Assembly: GCA_050633305.1 (NCBI GenBank)
Contig: JBOEGF010000008.1
Span: 192,001 to 256,000, forward strand
Length of the DNA: 64,000 bases
Direction of reading: 5' to 3'
Source of the DNA: Nannocystales bacterium
GTDB taxonomy: Bacteria; Myxococcota_A; Polyangia; Nannocystales; Nannocystaceae
In this document: positions 49,314-58,971 of the stretch, one piece after another
How the letters are laid out: each line of letters opens with the position of its first letter
How positions within the stretch are numbered: the first letter of the stretch is position 1
The notes under the pieces: generated by a model
What the model was told of the DNA's origin: nothing
The model's database searches: none
The model's input: only the letters and a program-made list of their open reading frames with translations
Translations under genes and position numbers: made by a program

Positions 49314-52300
49314 GTGATGGTGGCGGACGGACGGAGACGGGGCGTGCTGGCGATCATGTTCATCGTCGCTTGCGGCGACGCGGGCAACTTGTCCCCGTTC
49401 GCCTCCGGGGCCGACGCAGGCTCGGAGTCTTCACCTGTAGGCCAAACATCAGGCCTCGACGCCTCATCGGCGGAGGGCAACGCCGAGTCCGGGGACGAGA
49501 CCTCGGGCGGGTCAACAGGAGGTCTCGCCCAGGCATGGGATGGCGAGTTGGACTTCGTCTACGTCCGTTGCGCTCGAACCTCCGCGGCGCTCGACATCAC
49601 GTTGGACATCGAAAAGGACGGCGCGACCCAGACGGCGACACGGACCCTCCAGCACGCCGACGTCTACGACCGGTTCCCCTCGTCGCAGACCGCTGGCGGC
49701 CGTTGGGCGGCCCCGTGCGACCTGGTCCTGCGCGAAGCGGACGGCTCCGAGCAGGTGCTGTACGACTGCTCCAGCGGGTTCTCGGCAGAATCGGCGTGCA
49801 CCGCGATGGACCCCGCCGTGTCACACGACGCCCGCAAGGTAGCATTCTCGGTCTACCGCGGGACGGCGAACCACCGCGAGATGAGGGCCACGCCTGAGCT
49901 CATTGATCCCGCAGCCGAGGGCGGCGAGCAGCGGTTCGTCGCCCTCCCCGGTTGGGAACTCGAACCGCTGGAGGCTCAGCTGTACATCTACGACGTCGAC
50001 TCGGCGGCGTTGACCGCCTTCCCCCACGACGAAGGGGTCTTCGACACAGCGCCGGCCTTCCTCTCGACCAACCGTCTCGCATTCGTATCCACCCGGGATG
50101 GTGTCGGAAGCACCCGTATTCGCTGGCCCAGCGACTCGTGGGAAACCGTGGTGAGCACAACCCGTGTGCCTCAGCTGTACTCCGTCGACGCGCAGGGTCG
50201 CGATGCAGTCAGGCTCAACCCCCAAACCGGAACCGGCGATGGCGCTCCGTTCCAGCTCCGTGACGGCCGGATCGCACACATCAGCTGGCAAGCGCTCGGC
50301 CTGCTTCCGTTCCGCTACGACAACGGGAACACGGGGTCACCGGGCGCACGAGCGAACCTGGCGCACCTCTACGCCGTGGGGCCGTGGGGCACTCACCTCA
50401 GCGCGATGTTCGGCCAGCACACGCACATCTCGGGCCCCCCCGACTTTCAGCACACCGGTGCCCAGCGCGTCGCACAAACGTCCGACGGTCGGGTCTGGTT
50501 CACCGATCGAGCTGGACCCGCCGGTGGGCGCATCTACGGGTTCGTCCCGTCTCCCAACGGCGTCGAAGGCCAAGCACCCGGCAGCACCGACAACAACGCC
50601 AGCACGTTCAGCCCAGCCTCGATGCAGGAACTCACCACCTGGGCCTCGGGCCACGGTGCCCTCTCGGGGCCCATGCCCGAACCGGCACTTGAAGTCGCCG
50701 GCTACGCCGACCCACTGTTCTTGCGTGGCTTCGTCCGGGACCCCGAGGGGCTACCGGAGAATGAACTCATGCTCGTCTGGTCCAAGGGCGGCTGCCACGA
50801 CAGCGGAACCGCTTTCGAAGCGGTCTTCGGAGAGGATCCCCCGCCCCTGACCTCGGGCGCGGAGCAGTTCATCGCGGCCAGCGTGCTCAACCACATTGGT
50901 TTGGACAACCCGGGTTGCGACGCTGGCATCTACCGCGTTCGCTCAATACCGGTCGAGCACCCCGGAGAATTCGAGCCGCTCGTCGACACCGCCGAGTATC
51001 ACGAGATCATGCCTCGGGCGCTCGTGCCCTACAGTGCGGTTCACGGTGTCGATCGACCCGACGCGCCCGCGCCCGCGACCGCTGACCTCGAACCCGGCAG
51101 CCCGTTCGGAGAACTCGCCGTATCGTCGATGCTCCTGCGAGAAACCCGGTCCACAGATGGGCACCCCTTCGGCGGCCAAGCTCAGTGGGCCCGGCAGGGC
51201 ACCGACACAGCGGACTACGACGACGCGGAGCTCTGTGGAGCTCGGGTGCTTGCTGTCCAGCCCAACGAGTCCGAGGAGGACGAGGAGGAGCTGCGCGCGC
51301 CGGTTGGAGCACGAGTGCTCGTCCTCGGCGAGATCGACGTTCGACACGGCAACGAACTCGACCGCCTCGGGATGCCGGACACCTCGTTCCGCACCCGGGT
51401 CCCCGCCGATGTCTCGCTGCTGCTCCAAGCGATCGACTGCGACGGCCGCACGCTCAACACATCGCAGACCCCTTTCTCGGTCCGTTCTGGCGAACAACTC
51501 ACGTGCACCGGCTGCCACTACCCGTCGGAAGAAGGCCTGCGGTTCTCCGGTGTTTTTGCCGATCGCAACACGTACGAGCCGTCCACCACGACCCTCGGCA
51601 CAGTGCAGCTGCTCTCCGACGGCGGGGTCGTGGACCAAGACGGGTGGGGACGAAGCTACGACTTCATCCAAGACGTCTTTCCCATCTTCGAGTCCCGGTG
51701 CACGCCCTGCCACGATGCGGACCAGGCCGACGCAGGACTGATCCTCGACGCCCCCGGCACAGAACCCGGCTCGAGTTGGTGGACACTGGTCGGCGATCGA
51801 CAGCAACAGTTCGTGCCCGATGAGCGCCTCGCCCCCACCCCCTCCGGCGGGAGTCTGTCGCCACCACAGCTCACGCGATATGTCCGTTTCATGAACGCCC
51901 GTGGGAGTCTGCTGTACTGGAAGGCAGCCGGGCACCGTACCGACGGTCGAACCGACGACCAGTTTCCCGACGACGCCGAGGACGGTTTTGCCGACGTCGA
52001 TTTCGGACCCGAGCACCCCACCGACATCACCGCCGAGGAGCTCGGAGTCCTCTCTCGCTGGATCGACACGGGTTCGGGGGCGGGCAGTCGATTCCGGGCG
52101 GACACCACCCCGCCGACGCTCGCTGTCGTCATCCGTGGAGGCGGGTCCCAGGAGCCTGTCCTCTCGATCGGAACCGTCGACGTCGGCTCGGGCATCGACA
52201 GCACGTCGCTGGAGGTGTGTCGGGTCGAGGCCTCCGGAGCCTGCACGTCCATCCCAACTCCGGACGCGGACGAAGCCGGTGTCGTGCAAGTGCCACTGGA

Positions 52301-52595
52301 CGCCATCGACGCGGACACCGAGGTCCGGGTGCGGGTCTTGGACCGAGCAGGGAACGCGACCGAGCTCGAGCGCACGGTCGCCGCCCTGCGAGGGACGTTC
52401 GGCCAAGGCGCGCCGTCCCCCGGTGGCACCGACACCGACGGCGAATCACCACCCACGAGTTCCACCGGCGGCGACACCGAGGAGCCGGGGCACAACGACA
52501 GCGGCGACGGTTGCGGCTGTCGGTCCAGCGGCCCGACGAGCATTTGGTGGTTTTTCCTCTTCCTGGGTCTGCCTGCGCGTCGCCGTCAGCCGTAG
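49314..52595 (+). CDS. Hydrazine synthase alpha (HzsA)-related beta-propeller protein, two CxxCH motifs, MYXO-CTERM tail
   Basis: PD40-like DPAVSHDARKVAFS and FDTAPAFL..RLAFVSTR; SFRTRVPADV..QAID..G; VRSGEQLTCTGCH; DVFPIFESRCTPCH; GCGC-TM-RRR. Confidence 0.8.
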   Translation: MMVADGRRRGVLAIMFIVACGDAGNLSPFASGADAGSESSPVGQTSGLDASSAEGNAESGDETSGGSTGGLAQAWDGELDFVYVRCARTSAALDITLDIEKDGATQTATRTLQHADVYDRFPSSQTAGGRWAAPCDLVLREADGSEQVLYDCSSGFSAESACTAMDPAVSHDARKVAFSVYRGTANHREMRATPELIDPAAEGGEQRFVALPGWELEPLEAQLYIYDVDSAALTAFPHDEGVFDTAPAFLSTNRLAFVSTRDGVGSTRIRWPSDSWETVVSTTRVPQLYSVDAQGRDAVRLNPQTGTGDGAPFQLRDGRIAHISWQALGLLPFRYDNGNTGSPGARANLAHLYAVGPWGTHLSAMFGQHTHISGPPDFQHTGAQRVAQTSDGRVWFTDRAGPAGGRIYGFVPSPNGVEGQAPGSTDNNASTFSPASMQELTTWASGHGALSGPMPEPALEVAGYADPLFLRGFVRDPEGLPENELMLVWSKGGCHDSGTAFEAVFGEDPPPLTSGAEQFIAASVLNHIGLDNPGCDAGIYRVRSIPVEHPGEFEPLVDTAEYHEIMPRALVPYSAVHGVDRPDAPAPATADLEPGSPFGELAVSSMLLRETRSTDGHPFGGQAQWARQGTDTADYDDAELCGARVLAVQPNESEEDEEELRAPVGARVLVLGEIDVRHGNELDRLGMPDTSFRTRVPADVSLLLQAIDCDGRTLNTSQTPFSVRSGEQLTCTGCHYPSEEGLRFSGVFADRNTYEPSTTTLGTVQLLSDGGVVDQDGWGRSYDFIQDVFPIFESRCTPCHDADQADAGLILDAPGTEPGSSWWTLVGDRQQQFVPDERLAPTPSGGSLSPPQLTRYVRFMNARGSLLYWKAAGHRTDGRTDDQFPDDAEDGFADVDFGPEHPTDITAEELGVLSRWIDTGSGAGSRFRADTTPPTLAVVIRGGGSQEPVLSIGTVDVGSGIDSTSLEVCRVEASGACTSIPTPDADEAGVVQVPLDAIDADTEVRVRVLDRAGNATELERTVAALRGTFGQGAPSPGGTDTDGESPPTSSTGGDTEEPGHNDSGDGCGCRSSGPTSIWWFFLFLGLPARRRQP

Positions 52596-52599
52596 GTCT

Positions 52600-53940
52600 T
52601 CACGGGGCGCTCGTGACCGCCGACTCGCCAATGCTGGCGGACATCACAGCGCTCCGACGACGACGCCGGTACCGCCCCCACGGCAGCAGACAGAGGCTGA
52701 GCCAACCGACCGAGCCTCCGACCGAGCATCCACCGCCATCGCCGGATGCTGAGGCGCCCGGGTCGGTGTCCGTGCCAGATGCAGACGTCCCGCCGGGCCC
52801 TCCCTCGTCACCCGTCTCCACCGCGCCGGTGCCCGTGGAGTCCCCTGCCGCGGGCTCGTCGGGAACTCGACACTCGCCAGCAATGCATGAAAGCCCTGCG
52901 TCACACGGCGCGTTCTCGTCGACCGCTCCGTCGCAGTCGTCGTCGAGCAGGTTGCACACTTCGTCGACGGGATCGCCTGGGATACAGGCCGCCATGTCGC
53001 AAGTGCTCGACTCACGCCGGCACCAGCCGACGCCACACGTCGGCCGGACCCGTTCGTCCACCCGTCCGTCGCAGTTGTCGTCGAAAAGGTTGCACGACTC
53101 CTCGGCGCCGGGGTTGCGCGTCTCATCGTCGGGCGCGCAGTCGCCAGGATCGGCGGCCCAACCATCGGTAGGTACGCAGCCGACAAACGTCTTCCCGGTC
53201 TCTCGTTCCGCGGGGCTGTAGTACCCGTCACCGTCTCCGTCGGGATACTGCTCGACCGGGATCGCATCGTCGTCGATCTGGTCGTTGCAGTCGTCGTCAC
53301 GGAGGTTGCAGAACTCGACCGCGCCCGGATACGTGGTGTCGCGGTTGTCGTCGCAGTCGTCGCCAGCGACCCCATAGCCCTCGGGTGGAGGGCCAGCGCA
53401 GAACACTCTCGGCTGTGTCGCCCGGCCATGCCCGTCGCCATCAAAGTCCCGAAAGAACTCCTGCGGCTCACAGCCATAGACGACGTCGAGGTAGTGCTCG
53501 TCCCCCTCGTCGCCTCCAGACGATCCGTTGCCGTTGGCCACCACGGACGACACGCCGAACCGCGTGGCCCCCGGCGAGCCGGGGATGTCCCATTCGAAGG
53601 TGAACGTAGCGTCTCCGCCGTTCATGGAGCGCGGCGAAGTGTGAGTCAGTCCACTGCCGACCGAAGCCATCCCCTGGCCAGAGATGGGCGAGATCGACCC
53701 CCCGTCCACACCGATGAACACCCCCGCGACGTTGCCAGAGCCTTGGATCTCGACGTCGACGGTCACCGTGTCGCCGGGCTGCAAGGTGGCGGGCATCGTG
53801 AACAGCGAAGCATTGTGGTCGCCGTCGCCGTGGCAACCGCTGCACGAACCCCCTTGGGCGCCGCCGGAGTGCGCGAGAGCAACTCCCGGTGTCGCAAACA
53901 CACCCAGCGCGATTGCAAAACTGGCGGCCCCTCTCCGCAT
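52600..53940 (-). CDS. Surface protein: CxxCH + Reeler-like domain, MopE-like metal-binding repeats, MYXO-CTERM
   Basis: Signal peptide, CSGCH, LTHTSP..FTFEW, repeated PGA.E.CN..DD.C.G, GGC-TM-RRRRR. Confidence 0.8.
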   Translation of the reverse strand: MRRGAASFAIALGVFATPGVALAHSGGAQGGSCSGCHGDGDHNASLFTMPATLQPGDTVTVDVEIQGSGNVAGVFIGVDGGSISPISGQGMASVGSGLTHTSPRSMNGGDATFTFEWDIPGSPGATRFGVSSVVANGNGSSGGDEGDEHYLDVVYGCEPQEFFRDFDGDGHGRATQPRVFCAGPPPEGYGVAGDDCDDNRDTTYPGAVEFCNLRDDDCNDQIDDDAIPVEQYPDGDGDGYYSPAERETGKTFVGCVPTDGWAADPGDCAPDDETRNPGAEESCNLFDDNCDGRVDERVRPTCGVGWCRRESSTCDMAACIPGDPVDEVCNLLDDDCDGAVDENAPCDAGLSCIAGECRVPDEPAAGDSTGTGAVETGDEGGPGGTSASGTDTDPGASASGDGGGCSVGGSVGWLSLCLLPWGRYRRRRRSAVMSASIGESAVTSAP

Positions 53941-54091
53941 GGCGACAGTGGACCACGTTCCGGCTGAGATTTCTGCGGGCTTCGGTACCCCGGCGGCGAG
54001 CGCGGAGAACGCGGGATTTCTCGCACGCAGAGGGTTTCCCCTGGGTTGCGACAGCCGGGCCCTGCACTTCGTGAGTGCTACGTTCGGCCCA

Positions 54092-55396
54092 ATGCGGCGA
54101 GTCGTCGAACCCGGAAGCACCCTCCCCCAGCAGCGAGCCGATCGCCTCTCCAAGGCCGTCTGCGGCGCGGCTGCACTCGCTCTGATCATCGGTGTCGGGT
54201 GTGGCGGAGATGACGGAGGTGTCGCTGCAACCGGAGCGACGACCTCGGACACGGTGACCGACCCGGGCAGCACCACGACAGGGGAACTCCCCACCTCCTC
54301 CGGTTCTTCGTCGACAGCGGCAGCGGCCTCCAGTTCCGAGACCTCCAGCGCGGACAGTTCTTCGACCGGCACCCCTCAAGCGGCGCCGTACGAAGCCCGA
54401 GGTCCGTACGGCGTGGGTCTGCAGACCTCCAGCATCACGGCAGGGAAGCGTGAGGTCGAAGCCACCATCTGGTACCCGAGCGACACCGAGACCGGCAGCA
54501 CGCCTCTGACCGACCTCGTCCCCGACGCCCAACAGGACATCCTGCAGGGGTTGCTCGATGACGCCCCCGCCGAGTGCGTCCGGTCGACCGCCGAAGGCAC
54601 CCTGGATGCGGACGTCGCCGCGGGCACGTTTCCGGTGGTGATGGTGTCGCACTGCTACTCGTGTCTGGGCCTGTCCTCCGGCTTCGTTGCGGAGCGACTG
54701 GCCAGCCACGGCGTCATCGTCATCGGCGTCACGCATACGGGAGGATCGTTGTTCGACTCCGTCGCCGGCACTCCCGGTCCGCTCGACGGAGAGTTTCTGC
54801 AGACCCGGAGCGAAGATGTGATCAACACGTTCGATGTGTTGTCCAGCAGCGGCGAGATGGCGGCCTCCATGGACACCAGCCGCGTGGGCGTATTCGGGCA
54901 CAGCTTCGGCGCGACAACGACCGGCTTGGTGCTCCAAAACGACGACCGATTCAGCGCCGGTGTTGCGATCGCGGCCCCAATCCAGAACCCTTTGCTGCCC
55001 GGCGTCGACACGGCCCAGGTCGCAGAGCCGATGCTCTACCTGCTGATGGAAGAGGACAACAGCATCCTCACCATCGGTAACAACCTGCTGCGCAGCAACG
55101 CTATGGGGATGCCGGGTGGATCGTGGCTCGTCGAGCTCGCCGACGCGGGGCACTGGAGCCCCTCGGATCTGTGCGGCATTGTCGACGACTTCATGCCCGG
55201 TTGCGGCGACGACCTTCGCCAGACCGACGGGTCTCCCTTCACCTACCTCAGCGCCGACGAAGGCCGCAGCATCACCGCATCCTACGTGACCGCGTTCTTC
55301 GCCCTACACCTCCAGGACGACGCGGCGGCGCTCGACTACCTCAGCGTCGGCACGCCCGCAGACACCGTCACAGTCACCCAATACCCCAGCCGCTAG
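54092..55396 (+). CDS. Alpha/beta-hydrolase lipoprotein (PAF-AH/chlorophyllase-like)
   Basis: GPYGVG, IWYP, FPVVMVSH, GHSFGA, AGHW. Confidence 0.85.
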   Translation: MRRVVEPGSTLPQQRADRLSKAVCGAAALALIIGVGCGGDDGGVAATGATTSDTVTDPGSTTTGELPTSSGSSSTAAAASSSETSSADSSSTGTPQAAPYEARGPYGVGLQTSSITAGKREVEATIWYPSDTETGSTPLTDLVPDAQQDILQGLLDDAPAECVRSTAEGTLDADVAAGTFPVVMVSHCYSCLGLSSGFVAERLASHGVIVIGVTHTGGSLFDSVAGTPGPLDGEFLQTRSEDVINTFDVLSSSGEMAASMDTSRVGVFGHSFGATTTGLVLQNDDRFSAGVAIAAPIQNPLLPGVDTAQVAEPMLYLLMEEDNSILTIGNNLLRSNAMGMPGGSWLVELADAGHWSPSDLCGIVDDFMPGCGDDLRQTDGSPFTYLSADEGRSITASYVTAFFALHLQDDAAALDYLSVGTPADTVTVTQYPSR

Positions 55397-55404
55397 GACT
55401 CCCG

Positions 55405-56358
55405 ATGCCCAAGCCACACATGTGCTCCGCCGCCCTTCTGAACAAAGACCTCAGCGGTCAAACATTCGTCGTCACAGGGGCGAACTCCGGTATTGGGTTG
55501 GTCACGGCCACCCAACTCGCCTCCCAGGGCGCGACGGTCGTGATGGGCTGCCGCCGAACCGAAGAAGGAGAAGCTCGGGCGGCCGAGATCCGTGAGCAGC
55601 ACAGCGGCGCCAAGGTCGAGGTCTACGCACTCGACTTGGGCAAACTCGCCTCGGTCCGCACCTTTGCCGACACCGTGCAAGAGAAGCACGATGCGCTGCA
55701 GGGCTTGATCAACAACGCGGGCGTCATGAACACGCCGCAGCAGAAGACCGCCGACGGTTTCGAGATGCAGATCGGCGTCAACCACCTCGGCCACTTCCTG
55801 CTGACCGAGCTGCTGCTGCCTGCGCTCAAGGCCGGAGCACCCTCCCGCGTCGTCATCGTCTCGAGCTGTTTTCACGATAAGGCGATGGGTCGCGAGGGCA
55901 AGATCGACCTCGACGACCTGTTCTTCGAGAAGCGCGACTACGACGGCTGGGAGGCGTACGCCCAGTCCAAGCTGGCCAACGTCCTCCATGCTCAGGGCCT
56001 GGCAAAACGACTGGAAAGCACGGGCGTCACCGCGGTCAGCGTGCACCCGGGGTGGGTCCGTACCAACCTCGCGCGACACAGCATGCCGGTCTGGGTGCAG
56101 AACTACATCCTGCGCCCAGTGCTTGGGATCATGGGGATGATCGAGCCCTGGCAAGGTGCACAGAGTTCCCTGCACGCCGCGTTGGCCGACGACGTCCCTG
56201 AGCACAACGGCGCGTACTACAGCCAGCTGGGTATCTACCGGGACAAGAGCTGCAACAAGGGGGGCTGGCCGATGAAGAGTCCAAGCCCGGCCGCCAACGA
56301 CGACGCCACCGCCGACGCGTTGTACGAGAAGAGCCGGGCGCTCGTCGGACTGGCGTGA
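55405..56358 (+). CDS. Short-chain dehydrogenase/reductase (retinol dehydrogenase-like)
   Basis: TGANSGIG, NNAG, NHLGHF, YAQSK, HPGWV. Confidence 0.93.
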   Translation: MPKPHMCSAALLNKDLSGQTFVVTGANSGIGLVTATQLASQGATVVMGCRRTEEGEARAAEIREQHSGAKVEVYALDLGKLASVRTFADTVQEKHDALQGLINNAGVMNTPQQKTADGFEMQIGVNHLGHFLLTELLLPALKAGAPSRVVIVSSCFHDKAMGREGKIDLDDLFFEKRDYDGWEAYAQSKLANVLHAQGLAKRLESTGVTAVSVHPGWVRTNLARHSMPVWVQNYILRPVLGIMGMIEPWQGAQSSLHAALADDVPEHNGAYYSQLGIYRDKSCNKGGWPMKSPSPAANDDATADALYEKSRALVGLA

Positions 56359-56758
56359 AGGCGATTCATGCGGTTCCCCAACGTCGATGCCGACGTGCCA
56401 CCGCCGCGCACGAGGGAATCCGTCGTCGTCCAACCGTTGCCCGCGAGCAGGCCATCGTTGCCTCCGCGTTTCGCCCTAGTTCCGTCAACGAGTCGACCGT
56501 GATCAGCAGCACAGGCTTCACCGACCACGGCTCATCCCAGCCAAATGCTGGGCCAACGGTCGCAAGCGACTCCTGACCCTGCTTCGCGGCAGGCTGGGCC
56601 ACCGCGGGGCACCCAGGCCTCGGGATGCGGCATGACCCCCAAGTCAGCAATTCCTGCCCCTCGCTCTGAGGTGGTCAGGTTTCCAGGACCACCACACGTC
56701 GGTCCAGGTAGGATTCGCCCCCCTTGCGCGAGGCGCAGCGGGAGTGTGATCTTGTCCC

Positions 56759-57766
56759 GTGAATCGAGTTCTTTGGGGGAGTCTCGCACTACTGGCAACG
56801 GTCGCCGGGTGTGGGGAAGAGGACGAGCCAGGCGTCGAGGCCACCGACTATGCGCAGCAAGAGCGCGACGCCATCTGCGACTACCGTGTCCGCTGTGGCT
56901 TCTCGACGGACCGGGACGCCTGCCTCGGATCCGTCGAGCGGAGCCGCACCACGATTCAGGCGATCGGCGGCATCGAGTCCGAGCGCGTCGCGTACGACCC
57001 ACAAGCGGCGTTGGCGTACATCGAGCTGCTCGAAGAGGCGGGATGCGAAGCGACGATCGCCAACGCCCGCGAGCTGGAGGCGGCCCGAGCTGAAGTCCTC
57101 GAGGGCAGCGTCGCTGCCGGGGACTCCTGCTTCGCCGACACCGAGTGCGCAGGCGAACGAGCCATCTGCGACCAGACCGGATGCGGCGGCCAAGTCTGTT
57201 GCGAGGGAACCTGCGTAGAGTCCCAAACGCTGAGTCTCGGCTCCGCCTGCCCTCTGTTCCCCGTGGACGTCGACCGTCTCACGGCGTTCTGCGAAGATAC
57301 GGCGTATTGCGCACCCCCGCCCGACGACGGCAGTGGCGAACCGGCTCCGATGGGGACCTGCCAACCGCGAGCCGACAACGGTGAGCCCTGCGACCGCAAC
57401 GACGCATGCCTCGACGGGCAGCGCTGCGCCATGGATCAGTGCTTCGTGCTCTCGACCGCCGGCCAGCCATGCAACCCCACGCTGACCACGGGCTCGTGTG
57501 TCGAGGCCAACCAGGTCTGCGACATGGCATCGAGCACCTGCGTGGACGCACCCGGCGACGGGCAACCATGTGTCTTCGGAGAGTGCATGCCCTACGCCTC
57601 GTGCGTCGAGGACGTCTGCGTCCGCCGACCGGTGCAAGGAGAGTCCTGCGAAGGCACACCACCGTGCCAGGGCAACCTGCAGTGTCGCGACAACATCTGC
57701 GAGCTCGAAGCCGTGGTGTTTGTGTGTCTCGAAGGCGAGCCCCCGCCTCCTCCTGAAGGCGAGTGA
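56759..57766 (+). CDS. Cys-rich lipoprotein
   Basis: VAGC lipobox; repeated G..C....C....C modules. Confidence 0.75.
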   Translation: MNRVLWGSLALLATVAGCGEEDEPGVEATDYAQQERDAICDYRVRCGFSTDRDACLGSVERSRTTIQAIGGIESERVAYDPQAALAYIELLEEAGCEATIANARELEAARAEVLEGSVAAGDSCFADTECAGERAICDQTGCGGQVCCEGTCVESQTLSLGSACPLFPVDVDRLTAFCEDTAYCAPPPDDGSGEPAPMGTCQPRADNGEPCDRNDACLDGQRCAMDQCFVLSTAGQPCNPTLTTGSCVEANQVCDMASSTCVDAPGDGQPCVFGECMPYASCVEDVCVRRPVQGESCEGTPPCQGNLQCRDNICELEAVVFVCLEGEPPPPPEGE

Positions 57767-58245
57767 GCGTGGGGATCTACGACTTCAACGTCACGCGCTT
57801 GGACGGGGAGCCCTACTCCCTATCCGAGCACGAGGGCCGAGTCCTGCTGGTCGTGAACACGGCGAGCCAGTGCGGCTTCACGCCCCAGTACGCCGGCCTC
57901 GAGTCGCTGCACCGCGAGTACGGCGAGCGCGGACTGACCATTCTTGGATTTCCGTGCAACCAGTTCGGCAAACAGGAGCCCGGGAACGCGGACGAGATTC
58001 GCTCATTCTGCTCGACGAGCTACGACGTCACGTTTCCCATGCACGCCAAGCTCGAGGTCAACGGACCCCGAGCCGACCCGCTGTACGAGCACCTCAAGCT
58101 CGCCCAACCGGGCCTGCTCGGCTCCAAGCGGATCAAGTGGAACTTCACCAAGTTCTTGCTCGACCGCTCCGGGTCCGTCGTCAAACGCTTCGCTCCGCTC
58201 GCCAAGCCCAAACAGCTCCGCAGCGCCATCGAAGCGCTTCTGTAG
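57763..58245 (+). CDS. Glutathione peroxidase (Cys type)
   Basis: VNTASQCGFTPQY, GFPCNQFG, WNFTKFL. Confidence 0.95.
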   Translation: MSVGIYDFNVTRLDGEPYSLSEHEGRVLLVVNTASQCGFTPQYAGLESLHREYGERGLTILGFPCNQFGKQEPGNADEIRSFCSTSYDVTFPMHAKLEVNGPRADPLYEHLKLAQPGLLGSKRIKWNFTKFLLDRSGSVVKRFAPLAKPKQLRSAIEALL

Positions 58246-58253
58246 CGCCGCGC

Positions 58254-58841
58254 TCAGCCGATATGGTCTGCGACCTTGCCGTTGCCCCAACCGCACTGCG
58301 GATTGGCTGCGGCCGCGGTCGCGAATAGCCACGACAGCAGCTCGGCGCCGCGATGCTGGGGGACCACCAGCTTCCGCGCGAAGAGCTTCCCTTCGAGCCT
58401 CACGTGGACCCACATCCGGGGAACCATCTTGAAGAACAGCACCCGCGTGCTTTGCTCGGGAAGCGGCTCGAACTCGACCGCACCGTTGAGTGGCACGGGG
58501 ACATGTCTGACCCCACCCGCCTGCGGCGTCCGGAGCTCGGCGGTCACGCCCGAGAGCGTCTCGGGGCGGTCGAGCAACGCCTTCGCGAACCCGGACCGGT
58601 GCACCCGTCGCCGCTTCCGCGACATGAAGAAAAACACCGCCGTGAACAGGCCAAAGCCACCCGAAAGATAGAGCGCCGGAAGCTTGGCTGCCATCGGCTC
58701 GGTGCTGATGACGAAGGCCGCGAGAAATACGATCGCGAACGGCAGCGAGACCCACATCATGATCTTGCCCAGCTTGCTCTCGGAGCGATCCAGCCCCACC
58801 AACACGACCGAAGGCAAGGTCTTTCCTGCGTAGCCAGCCAC
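58254..58841 (-). CDS. Hypothetical membrane protein
   Basis: Two TM helices followed by a basic stretch; start uncertain. Confidence 0.55.
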   Translation of the reverse strand: MAGYAGKTLPSVVLVGLDRSESKLGKIMMWVSLPFAIVFLAAFVISTEPMAAKLPALYLSGGFGLFTAVFFFMSRKRRRVHRSGFAKALLDRPETLSGVTAELRTPQAGGVRHVPVPLNGAVEFEPLPEQSTRVLFFKMVPRMWVHVRLEGKLFARKLVVPQHRGAELLSWLFATAAAANPQCGWGNGKVADHIG

Positions 58842-58971
58842 AACCTAAACCGTGGGACTGCACACCCAGCCTGTCGACCTTATTTCGGGATCGGTCCGCC
58901 AGAGGCCGGCCCGTTGCGTTCCGCCCTCGGCTGCACAGGTCTTTGCACAGCCCTCGCCGGTCCTTAGGTGC

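Noticed and set aside
49314..52595. Anammox capability
   Set aside because: Only an alpha-like protein is present; no hzsB/hzsC or hydrazine dehydrogenase is visible, and the context is myxobacterial.
56570..56725. SRP RNA, 6S RNA, tmRNA, SAH riboswitch or HDV-like ribozyme
   Set aside because: Only partial word matches; none of the diagnostic cores is complete.
57763..58245. Selenocysteine glutathione peroxidase
   Set aside because: The active-site codon is TGC (Cys).
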